DNA of 64,000 nucleotides, from assembly GCF_038025025.1 (NCBI RefSeq), contig NW_027117343.1, forward strand, positions 620,001-684,000, written 5' to 3'. The position numbers and the translations under genes were made by a program. The DNA comes from Phyllosticta citribraziliensis. Lineage: Eukaryota. This document shows positions 1 to 11,052 of this stretch, one piece after another. Each line of letters opens with the position of its first letter. The stretch's first letter is position 1. Below the pieces are notes generated by a model. The model ran no database searches. It was not told the origin of the DNA and saw only the letters and a program-made list of their open reading frames with translations.

Positions 1-359
1 TGCCGTATCCTCAGGCCATTGAAGGCGTGCATCCGCCACTCAAATTCGCCGTGAGCTACTCTGGTTTTGCACCTGCTGCCAATGAGCTCTACCAGGCTTT
101 CTACGAACCCAAGATCAAGACTCCAATGCTGCATTTCATTGGAAGCCTGGACACCGTGGTAGAGGAGACTCGGAGCTTGCGGTTAGTCGACGCATGCGAG
201 AAGAAAGAGGGCCGAGTTGTATACCACCCGGGTGGACACTTCTTGCCCAGTCAGAAGCAACCCGTTAGCGCACTGGTCGGCTTCATTAGGGAGATCATGG
301 CAGAGGCTGAAGGTGCGAATAAAGAAGAGAGCGTCGAGGACATGGACGTGCCTTTCTAG
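1..359 (+). CDS. Serine hydrolase FSH1/OVCA2 family, 3' part (gene starts upstream of window)
   Basis: Motifs PPLKFAVSYSGF, PMLHFIGSLDTVV and VYHPGGHFLP match the C-terminal Asp/His catalytic region of FSH1-type alpha/beta hydrolases; the frame is open from the window edge to TAG at 357-359. Confidence 0.8.
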   Translation, partial: PYPQAIEGVHPPLKFAVSYSGFAPAANELYQAFYEPKIKTPMLHFIGSLDTVVEETRSLRLVDACEKKEGRVVYHPGGHFLPSQKQPVSALVGFIREIMAEAEGANKEESVEDMDVPF

Positions 360-597
360 AACAAGCATAGACAACGGCGATAGACATAGACTTGGGAAGA
401 TCACCAGATGACTCAGACGGTTTTCACATCGCGCTTTGGAATTGCTGACTCTATGGGGGTACATTACAAGTTGCCCTCGACGGGCGGATCGCCTCTTGAA
501 AGCCTCGCAGAGATGATTCCTGGCGCATCTATTTGTGACCACCATGCACCGCCCGAACTCCAGAATGGCTGACTGCAAGCAACTTTGGCGGAAGCGC

Positions 598-2275
598 TCA
601 ATGCACCTTGCTCGTCTTGCCCTTGTCAACCTTGGTGGGCTGGATCCTGGCCATCATCTCCTCCTTGGTAATGAGGTGGTCGATCCGTTCAAGCAGGCCA
701 AGCAAGCTCCTCATGTTTCCGCTCCACTCGTTCAAAACGTCGTCCGCATCGCGAGGCTTGGCAAAGTTGACAATCTTGGCCGGACGGTCAATCTTGGCAT
801 AGATTGTCTTGGACGTGACGAGGTCACTGATGTACTTCTCCGTCTCGTCCTCGTTCAGGTCGAGGAGCTCCCGAAGACGGGGGATCTGGATGCGCGTGTA
901 GTACTTGGCAACGACGCGCACGTTGTGCTCGATCACCCTCTTGCGCAAGTCCTGCCATCTTTGATTTGCCTTGGGGTCGGTGGACTGGCCAAGCTTCTCG
1001 TCGAAAATGTCGGTGGAACACAGGTGCTTGCCAAATTGCTGCTCAATGATCGGCCACCTCATCAGCTCCGGAATGGTGAAAAGCTTCAGAAGTTGAGCCT
1101 CTGAGGGAATCTGAGCGTTGCGGGAGTCTTTGAAGATGCGGTGAAGAAGATCTGACTGTTCGTTGTCGTGGGGCGCGAGGATGACAAAGTAAATGACGCG
1201 TTGAAGCACCTGCCAATGTTAGTGATGAGCGTTTGTAAAAGTCCGTTTACTCACAGCCTTCAGCTTCTCGGGGTCCTCCTCCACAGCCTCCGTGTCCAGG
1301 ACCTGTCTGTAGTGCTTGCACGCCTCGAGGTACTTGTCATCGTGCTTGGACAACAAGATCTGCTGCTCGTAGTAGCGCAGCTTGAGGTCCGTCACGTCAT
1401 CCTCCGGTTCGACAGGAGGATCGTCCACACTTCGGTTCTTCTCAGCCTCCTCCCGTTCCTTCTTCTCTTTCTCGAGTTGTTCCGGAGTCTTCTTCGGCTT
1501 CCTGGCAAAGTATCTTGTGCTGATCTTCCGGCTCAGAATGCCAGCCGACGTCCAGTCTCCCTTCTCGATGCACAGTGCCACCTGCTCCAGGATGAACTCG
1601 GTCTTCTCCCTTCGCGTCATCGAACCAAATGTCTCGACTTGCAGCTCGCACAGAATGTCCGTTGCCGATTTGATATCGCCTTGCTGCTTCTTGATGTCCG
1701 AGAGAATGCGGGTCACCCTCGCGCGCTCAACCTCGACGAAGATCTGATTCCAAACATTAGCGCTCCCCATGTGTGAAGACTGAAGCTGTTTACCTTGCCC
1801 TCCGTAACCGTCCTCAAAGTCTCAATCACCGAAAGCTTGGTCTCCAGGTTGGGAGTGTCCTCCAAGAAGCTCATGACCACCTGGACCATCTTCGTGATGG
1901 CCTGCTTGAGTTGACCATGCTTCTTGGACAGGAGCAGAACCTGCTCGTTCAAGAGGCTCCAGTTTGCTTTGGTTTTGCATAGTGTGACGATGGTGACGAT
2001 GATGCGGGAGGTAGATGCGAGGTCGGATGCCTGATTATCGTGAGCACGAGGATGCGAGAGGAAGTGGAGAATATCGGCGTACTTGGCGAGTCTGCTTCTC
2101 CAGCGCGAGCAGCTTCTCGATTGCCGCTTGCAGGTTTGTCTACTCTATGCATTAGCACGCCGGCTCTGTGTTTGGTGCGCAAAAGACCGACCTGCGCGAG
2201 CGTCTCAGCCTCTGGAATCGCCGCGTCGACTTCCTTCGAGAAGTCCTTCTCGGCTCTGAGGACTTCACCGGACAT
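598..2275 (-). CDS. RPN5: 26S proteasome lid subunit Rpn5 (PSMD12), multi-exon
   Basis: MSGEVLRAEKDFSKEVD, LLSKKHGQLKQAITKMVQ, ELQVETFGSM and PCI-domain VIEHNVRVVAKYYTRI...AKIDRPA motifs are spread over several exons separated by short GT-AG introns. Confidence 0.96.
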
Positions 2276-2838
2276 GTTGGCGGGTGAAGCTTTGGGATAA
2301 GACAGTGACGGTCGAGGGTCGGTGAGCAAGAGGGCGTTGGCGAGAGATGCAAGAGATTGAGGTGGGGTTGATGTGGTGCGCGATGCGTTCGTCGAGCTGG
2401 ATGATGATGTTGCCGTCAGGTCGGAGCTATGCCATGATGCGCGCCTCCCCGACGGAGCTACGCTGCTTAGTCAGACATCACGTGTAGCCAAATCGCCCAC
2501 CTAAGGTATCCATTTTCGCAGGCCTGTCCTCCCTCCCAAACTCTTTACCTTCCACTCCTTCGTCTACACACAAAGCTCAGTTGCTGAGCTTTGATTTGGT
2601 GAACAATGTGATGCAGTTCCAACACAGCGATGCAAGACGGGTTTGAGTTCATGCCGTCCATCAGAATCGGGTTCACGGCAAATTACAGCACTCAACTTTC
2701 CATGCAGACAATTCATGAAATACTCCATTGCTTTCATGAGGCCCTGTTCCTCGTCGAAGACATTTGCCACATTTCTTCAATCAGCTTCATGAAAAACAAG
2801 CTCTACCTACGCCTCCGCTGCCAAACCCTGGTGATCGC

Positions 2839-4991
2839 TCAAAGCAACTTCAAATCTGGAACATCAACTTCCTTCTCAACGCCATTCAACTTGCCACCAA
2901 GGGAGACTCCGCCATTGACAAGCCTCTTTGACGTCTTTTGAGTAGCCACCGAATCGCGCCCGCACCTTGCGAGGACCTTTTTGGACACCGACTTGACATA
3001 ACCGACAGCAGCCCTCTTCTTCTTGTCCGAATCCTTGGACAAATCCGGTGACCACAGATTCATGCTGTCGCGGAACTTTTGCGCCTGCACGACGAGGGTT
3101 GGAACATTCTCGGTGTCTCCCCACGCCTTGATTTCCCGATAAGCCCGGTCTCGCTCCTGCTTCTCGCCGGACAGGCAGGCAATGAGCAGCGTTTTGTTCG
3201 CTTGCTTGTTGGGTGGCTTCAGCAGTCGAGAAAGCTCCGCTTGGCCAAGACGAGATGGAGTAGTGTGGATGCATGGAGGTAAGTCGACGCTGTCGCTCTT
3301 CAACGCACCATACTTCTGAAGAGCGCCGAAGAATTTGCGAAACATGGCTCTGCAGTCCCAGTCGCATTCTTTCCCGACATGCAGAAGGAGCATGTCTTGG
3401 GATCCACAGATTCGCTGGACGCTGCTCTGGGGCGTCTTTGGCGGATCTGGGACTACGGCCTGCTCCATTTGAACCTTCTTGATCTTGATCCCGAATCGGT
3501 CCTTCGAAAGTCAGCTTTCACTCTTGGAAATCCGAAGCGTTTGATTCATACGTTTACCTGATCGAGCTTGAGCAAGTCGCCGAAAGAGTTCTCGTCGCAG
3601 CTTCCGACATTCTCTGCATGCTTCTCGGAGAACAGCCTGCTCACAGCGACGGGGAGTTGCTCGGGCAGCTCGTCGATTGGCTGATCCGTCTCTATCCAGA
3701 GCAGCTCAAGTGGAATCCACGTCGGCTTTTCAATGGTGCCGGTGTTGGCGAGGGGCCATTTGGGGTAGCGAAGTCTGGTACCCGGAAAGACGTCTGCAAT
3801 TTCACGTCAGTCTGGACCCGCAGTCATAGGAGGACTCAACTGTCGAAAACGAGCAGTGAACATGTTGCTGCTGTGGCTGTTGCACCAACTTCTTGGGTTC
3901 ACCGGGATAGGCATGTACTTACGATTCTCAAAGTGTCCCTTCACACTCAACAGCTCCGACTGACCACCAGATGTCCTAGGCGCACAACGAAACTTGGTGT
4001 CCTCGGCATTGCTACCAAAGGCGCAGATGCGACGCAGCTTGCCTTCCACATGGATGTCGAATCCGTCCAGTATCTTTGGCTGGCAACTCTCACCATCCTC
4101 CTTTCGTTGGCCAGCCCCAAGGTAATTGTATCGCACTTTGATGTGGGAGCAAACCTTCTCAATCAGCTCCATGACATCATTGGGAATGGTGTCCTTGTCA
4201 TCCCGAGACGCGAGGCTTTCAACGAACTTGGAAAAACTGCCTTCAGCGAGAAAAGTGCGTGAAAGGGGCGTGAGCTTCAAGAGACAACCGGCGCGCGTAA
4301 AAGAAACGGCTACACCACGGCGGACCTGGAAGGACCTTTAATTCAACACATGCTCGGGAGTCGCGTCAAAGTACTGATTCTTGCCCACCAAGCACCACCC
4401 TTCGACTCCATTCTTCTTCGCCTTCCACACCTGCGCCCTCGCAAACGCCTGCATAGCGCACTCCAGAAAACGAAACTGATCCGCAGTCAACGACGCGGCT
4501 GAGGAACCCACCGGAAGAGCACGCGGCACGGCCATGTCTTTGTCAACCAACTCGACCACGACGCCGAAACGACCACCGGCACCCGTCGGCGCGTGGAGCT
4601 CAAAGTCAGCACGGTCCTCAGACGCCGCGTCCTTCTTGTCCAAGGACCACTCCGGAACCGAGAAGATTCGATCGCAGCCGTTTGTCCAGTGGCAGTCGGG
4701 CTCGATGCCCAGCGCGTCGAACACCAGCGGCATGAGTTGCCGTTGCCGCCACTTGCTGTGCAGCCTGCAGCGCTCGGTACCCTCTGCGGCGCCTGGTGGC
4801 AGCGGTTTGTAGAAGCAGACGCGCCAGACGGAGACGGTGTCGTACGTGAACTGCGACGTGTCGGGGCGGTACAATAGGGGCGTCGAGTTGGTCGTCGTCG
4901 GCGCATCTTTCTCCTTGACGTCGCGGGACAGGCAGAGACGCCGCATGCTTTGCGCCAGGGAGCAATCCTGCTGAGAATGCGCCATCGACAT
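2839..4991 (-). pseudogene. Divergent Argonaute-derived gene (N-L1-PAZ-L2-MID, no PIWI), with an in-frame TAA at 4338-4340
   Basis: Exons 4991-3923, 3793-3558 and 3501-2839; introns 3922-3794 (GTAAGT..CTGAC..CAG) and 3557-3502 (GTAAAC..CTGAC..AAG) preserve frame. PAZ motifs SVKGHFEN-H and LRYPKWPLANTGTIEKPTWIPLELLWI, L1-like VGKNQYF and QVRRGVAVSF, L2-like FGIKI, MID-like AYREIKAWGDTENVPT and YVKSVSKKVLARCG. Confidence 0.72.
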
Positions 4992-6164
4992 TGAGAACAA
5001 CCGTAAAAGGCTGAAGTGGTTGAATTTGACTGCTTAGCTGTGGAGCAGGACAAAGTACGAACGAAACGAGGCAAAATTTCAGCGAGTCAGCGATCTTTCT
5101 TCTCGTCCAGAGCGGCCGCTCGGCACCCTTTTGTACTCCTCCGGCAAACATGATGCTTTGCCCTCTCGTGTCTACTCCATGTGTGCAGACAAATACCGCT
5201 CAGCGATTGCGGCAGCGCGAAACTCCAAACTCACAAATCACAACCGTGTGTATGCTGGACAGGGGCACAGCCGTTATGTCGAATCAGAAACAAGCTCGTC
5301 CACAAGTCAAACCAAGCCACAAAAGTGGTGGCTGCACAACACGAGTAGTGAAGTAGACAGACGAGAGGGGTGGGAGGGGGAGGGGAGGTTGCAAGACAAA
5401 CAACAGACGTGCTGCGCAGCCATCCAAAAACCTAGAATCCAAGAAGAAAAGAGACTATCGTCATCACCCACCTGAATCGAACAGGATATAAGATGGCTGT
5501 CTCAAGATTCCAAGCGAGTTGAATGATAACGCCAAGGCATAGCCCAACTTCAAGGGCGGGCAGCTTGTGTAAGTGCCATAGATTGCTTGAGACGATGCGG
5601 CGGTGTCCAGACCTCGATGTGCGGAGGCAGGAGATTGTTTGTGGTCTTGAGGTCGTGGAATTGTGGTGGAGGGCAGTTGGTTCTGTTGATTCACTCACCC
5701 GGCACAGAGGTAGCGCAGGCAGGTGGAGTTAACACTCAAGGTGCATGCCAGATTTCTACGCACTCTCTCAACTGGAAGGCGCCCGGTCAACGGCCAAAAC
5801 AAAAACCTCTGCGCCGGCGACTCAGTCACGTCTCCAACACCTTCGCCCACGGCGGTTTTCGCACCTTGCCAACGACACAACACCACGCACGCCTCTTGCT
5901 TACCAGAGCTGTTCTGCTCGCCTTCGAAGTCGTCTTCCTCATTGCATTGAACAAGACCTCGCTCGATCGTTTGCGGTCACCACCTTGATCTCCACCCTGT
6001 GCACATCACCGCCCGCGCGTCGCCTCGGTGCACCTCACCTGACCCTGTCCCGCTGATTCGATTGCGCTCATCGACACTGGCGTCCATCCTCCCTTCACCT
6101 TGGCATCGCGACCGCATTTGCTCATCCACCGCCTTGGATGCACCTCCAGCTTTGAGACGGAATC

Positions 6165-7784
6165 ATGCCAGACACCCCAGAAGATCCACCTCCTGCCAAG
6201 AGGCTCAAGAATTCACCCGACACAGAAGACGGCCACAAAGATGCGCTTATTGCGGTGGAGGTCAAGAAGGGAAGCCCCTTGACGTCGCTGGCGCCAGAGC
6301 TTTTCAAGATGATCATGGACAGGACGGTGGATCCTGATGATCACCAGTCGTTCAAGAATATGGTGGCAAAGCGATCCGTCAGCAGTGAGTCTCCTCTAAC
6401 CTCCATGTATCCCACTCTTGCCCTCTAGCAAGCTACTGACACGTAATCAGGGCTGTTTAATGCCGAAATCCTCGATCTCGTAATCAGAAATCGGGACCAG
6501 CCCGGTACTGTTCGTTACTGGTCTTCCCATGGACACTCCTTCTTGAAGATTGCATTGCTCGAAAACAGGTTCTTGGCAGAGCCAAACGACCAAAAGCTGC
6601 TCCTGGCCACGATCCATCATGTCGTCACAGAAATTACAGATCTTCAAGGCGACCGGTCGGAGAGAAATCGCCGCAAATGGACCCGACACGCGTGCTCTTG
6701 CATCGCCCGATTCAGACATACCAATCCAGTTTCGAGCTTGAGGGTCATGGTAGACAATACGGAAGACGGTCAGACGACGTTCCGAGAGGAGGACGTTCGC
6801 CGCAGCTGCTGGGCAGTTGTTGCTTGGAGTGGGGATGTAACTTTGCTCGAGAAGCTGAAGTCTGCAACGGGTGGTGCTGCTCCGAAGAACAGGAGCGAGT
6901 GTCCTCGCTTCATGGGCTCCGCTCAGTGGACAGCATCGCGCAGGGGCCACATCCCAGTAATAAGATATCTCCAGCTCGAGGGATACGACTTTGGACAGTG
7001 GGAGCACAACAAACCTCTCGAAGCTACAGTGCACTCACGGAACTTGGAGGCGTTCGAGCTTCTACTTACCCGTTCTGGCGATGAAGTTGCTGAGGAGTTC
7101 CGGGCCGTTGGACATATTTTGATTACGTCGGGCTGGACGCGATGGGCGAGGCTCTTCTGGGCCGAAAACCGTTCCTACAATCAGACACCCGCAAACACCT
7201 CGCATCTGATGATTCTTTGCCTCGCGGGAGAACACAACCACGCAGAAATGACGAAACTTCTCATTGATGCGGGAGCGGAGCCGAACGTCTACTGCAGGAC
7301 CTGGTGTGAGTATCCATTCAGAACGGCGGTTCGCGTTGGGCCACCGGAGCTCGTGCGGGCCTTGATCGAGAACGGAGCAAGTCCGCAACGAGGAAATCTC
7401 GGAGACGAATCATTTGACCCACTTCGCACGGCGATCGACTTTCGGAAACAAGGTATCGTCGAGTTGCTGCTGGAATACGGTTCATGGCAGACATTGACCA
7501 AGACAAACGCGTTGCTTGCTGCCGTCATCGCCGGCCCTCCGGAACTGCGTCCTGGAAAAGATCACCCAAGTCGACCCGGCCACATCGGCATTCTCAAAGT
7601 GCTTCTGCAAGGCTTTGATCCCAATTCCTCCAAGCGTGCGAAGAACCTTGGACGCGAGGCTGTTGCGCGCGCTCGCCAAGATGGCAAGTCGGAGATGCTT
7701 GCCATGCTACTCGAGCACGGCTGCGAACTGGAGCCTGAGCCTGAGGCTGGGAAGAAGACGCGCCGCAGACGCAAGAAGAAATGA
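6165..7784 (+). CDS. Ankyrin-repeat protein with N-terminal F-box-like motif (paralogue A)
   Basis: Exon 6165-6384, intron 6385-6450 (GTGAGT..CTGAC..CAG), exon 6451-7784. LTSLAPELFKMIM is F-box-like; ankyrin-like repeats include KLLIDAGAEPN, PFRTAVRVGPPELVRALIENGA and PLRTAIDFRKQGIVELLLEYG; basic C-terminal KKTRRRRKKK. Confidence 0.8.
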
Positions 7785-8424
7785 GTGGCACGTTCCAGCC
7801 TTCGAACAGAGTCCACGTGCGGCGAACCGACCAAGGGCGCGACAGATCAGGAAGCGTCCAATGGTGAGACTCTGGGACTGCGATAGGACGGGCGGCTGTA
7901 CGTTTCCACAAACAAAACGACCAACGGCATGGCAGGACAAACGGGAGACAAAAGCGAGCAGCAACTCAACGCTCAAACAAGTCGTCATAGTTCGGAAATG
8001 CGGCTCGACGAAAGACTGTACAATTACTTTGACGATCAAATAGCGAGGGAGGTGCGATGGACGGCGGATTGATTGGTTGACTGGAGAATTTCAAGGCCGG
8101 AATGGAAGTCAGAGCTTGGTTGGATGAATGGTAGCTTGCTTGATATGGAATCAGGGGGAGGGGGACGGAGAGAAAAGGAGAGAGGGCAAAAAGTAGATAG
8201 AAAGAAATCAAAAATTCTGGAGTGCTCCAATGTCCTCTGTTGCAGGATAGTAGGCAGGGCAAATACCTCCTCTCATCTCAACCGTCATTGCAAACGGACG
8301 AATGTTACGGCTCCAGCAATGTTCTTTTCGATGGGCTGCGCTGTTTAGGTCCTTGACTCCCAATCTAACTTCCGGGCCGCAAAGTTGCGTAGTGTAGCGT
8401 ATCGATCGATGCTTTACGATTTCA

Positions 8425-9324
8425 TCAGTAGTGTCGTCCCCGCGCCAACCCTTGCTGCCTCGGCCCGTAAAGAATCACCAAGAGCGGCAGAGCGCTGAAG
8501 AAAGTGACGGTGATGAAGACGAAGCCCCAAACATACGCAAGGCCGCTGACCAGAGTCCAGAACAGGGACTTCTGGTCCATGACCTGCTTTTCTGCAATCT
8601 CGGGGGCTTGGCGAAGATCGTCGATGAAGCCGTTGACGAGTTCTTTTAGCAGCCAAGCAGTCCAGGAAGCAAGCGCAGTCGAAAGGCGGAGGAGGCTTTG
8701 GAAGGCGGTCAGGTCACACTGAGGCGGTATACGGCGTCCAAGAAAGTCGTCCAGAGAGACGGGCACACTGTGACAGGACAAGCCAGACAAGTCGGGCAGG
8801 ACGAGAGCGTCGAAGTAGCCTCGCTCGCCTCTGACAGGTCTGACAGCACGGCGGTCGTGACGGCAGAGGCCCTTGCGGCCGCCTGCTCCAGAGCCGAACC
8901 CATCTCTTGATTGACCACCACATCCCCCATCGCGCGCGTAGTCGTTGCCAGAAAAGCAGGCGTAGCCGGCGAACTGTTGGCGAGCAGCAGCCGGTTGAGC
9001 GTCGCCTGCAGCGCACTCAGCTCGCCGCGCAGCGCCTCGAGCCCTTCTGCATCACCGGAACAGCGCAGACCCGGCGAGCGCGAAGTAATAGATTTGAATT
9101 GTTGAGTACGGGCGATGAAGTGAAGCGAGGAGAGGCTTACTGGGTGGCGTCGAGGGCGACGTGCTGGGCTGAGAAGAGTGCCGTTGGCTAGGAGTAGTGG
9201 AAATGGTCGTGGTGCTGTTGCTGACCTGGTGGTGGTGCGCAGGCGATGCGGCGGACCTGACGTCGCAGGCGGCGAGGGCTTGGAGGGTATGGAAGAGCAG
9301 CGGGAGGAAGGACAGAAGCGCCAT
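8425..9324 (-). pseudogene. Hypothetical signal-peptide plus C-terminal TM protein, apparently frameshifted
   Basis: MALLSFLPLLFHTLQALA is signal-like; a possible intron 9140-9047 joins to GLEALRGELSALQATLNRLLL...; the hydrophobic C-terminal ORF (LFWTLVSGLAYVWGFVFITVTFFSALPLLVILY) is in another frame with no frame-compatible intron found. Confidence 0.3.
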
Positions 9325-9750
9325 TCTGAGCGTGAGGGGGAGCGTTTCTACTGGAGTGGTGGTGGAGTAGGACGAAAAGGGGGATGGTTGGTTGTCTGCG
9401 TTGACACACAACTGACTGAGTCGGAGAGCGGAGCAAATGAATGCTTGTACTTCTGGTTAATCCTTTGCCGTGCGGTGGGTGCCAAAGAATTTGTTGCTGC
9501 TCGGTACTGCCTGAAATAGACGGCAAGCTCGACAAAGTTTGCTCAGCACGACGGCTGTGCGTGAGGAGCTGCCGTGCCTTTCGACAAAGCGGATCTTGAC
9601 GACGGCTCCAGAACTTCGACCGCGGATGGGACAGCTGAACAGAAGAGCAATATCAAAGGCGGTTAAAAGAGACTAGAGTAAAGACTCAAATACCAGGAGA
9701 GTATCTCAAATCTTCCCCCTTGTAAGAAGTCAGTCAGTCCACCAGTCCCC

Positions 9751-10342
9751 CTACGCACCCCCCTCCTTCTCCCTCCCCTCCTTCGAATTCAAAAACCTGT
9801 TCCTCTCCACCGCCCAGTTCAACAACCAAAAACCCCCCGCAAACGGCGGGACCCAATAAAGCACTTGTGACCTGCTGCGGCGCCAGGTGTTGAAAAAGGC
9901 GTTGTGCAGGGCGCCGCCCAGGGCGCGCTGCCGGTTCGCAGCGAGGCCGTACTGGACGATGCCGCGCTGCGGGTTGAGCACCGGCGCGGCGCCCCAGACG
10001 GGTATGTGCAGGTCGTAGATGGTGTAGCTGGGGCGAGCGTGTTAGTTTGGGGGTGGAAGAGGGAGAGCATTGGAGCCACGGTGGAGGACAGACAGAGTGG
10101 ATGCGGTTGTAAGAGAACATATGCAGAGTTAGGGACACAAAGAGGGAGCGCTCAAGCTCTGGACGGCGTGAAGGTGATTTTGAGCGGATGTGTGCCACAA
10201 CCAAGCCTTGGCAGAAGGACTGGGTTGGTATGTTTTGTTTGAGGGGCGCGGGTGGGGGCTAGGGGTAGGTAGGTAGGGTAGGGCAAACGCACTCGCCGTT
10301 GGGACTGCGCTCGACGAGCGAGGCTCCGTTACCGCCAGCCAT
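9751..10342 (-). CDS. QCR8: Cytochrome bc1 complex subunit 8 (UcrQ family)
   Basis: PQRGIVQYGLAANRQRALGGALHNAFFNTWRR...QVLYWVPPF...ERNRFLNSKEGR is typical Qcr8. Exons 10342-10293 and 10027-9751 with a 265-nt intron give 108 aa. Confidence 0.9.
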
Positions 10343-11000
10343 GATGACAAAATCCCTGGGTGGTTTCTTGACGTTCTCGAAAGTGTCGTGTGTTGTATGT
10401 TTACTGACGAAGGCAGCCGGGTCGTGTTGCGTTGCGTTCCTGAGTTTCAACTTCAGACGTCATCCAAAGAGGCTCGAGAAGGCCAAGGCGGTTGAATGAG
10501 GAGAGTGAGCGCATGGCTCTCTTATACATGGCAGGTGAGCTGACTGAGGAGGCTTTCTTTCAGCCTGTCTGCCGGCATGCCAGCCTGCAGGGAGCCTTCT
10601 TGGCCTTGTCTTGCACACCCCTCTGCCTAGCCCTAGACGAGGAAATCCAGCGAACTGCGTCTACCGAAGCCGTGGCGTGACACAGTACATTAAGCGGTCC
10701 CCACAACGAATTCCTCTTTTCTCTATGGACAATGGTAGTCATGTTGGCCAATTATGATGGTCGTTTTGAGGGGCAGTTATGTTAAGCAAGGCATCCCGGG
10801 TCGAATGATGGGCACGGTCGACGTTTCGAGCACGCATCACGGGTAGATGCAACAACCTCGTCGCCGGTTTGCACCGGTGCCTGTTTTGGTGTAGTACGTT
10901 CCTGAATGGATGCCACGCTGTGGCTCCTTGGCAAGCTGCCCGGGCGCGGAGGCGGTTGGGGGCGGAGAGGGAGACGTCTTGGCACGGACGGTCTACGGGT

Positions 11001-11052
11001 GGTCGGAAGGTGACGGACGGGAGTTGCGGTGCTGGTCGGAAGGTGACGGACG
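11001..11052 (+). repeat. 19-nt direct repeat GGTCGGAAGGTGACGGACG x2
   Basis: Copies at 11001-11019 and 11034-11052, upstream of QCR8. Confidence 0.85.

Noticed and set aside
2564..2770. Short ORF downstream of the Ago-like gene as a possible PIWI remnant
   Set aside because: No PIWI motifs (GxDVxH, RDG, HTRF) and far too short.
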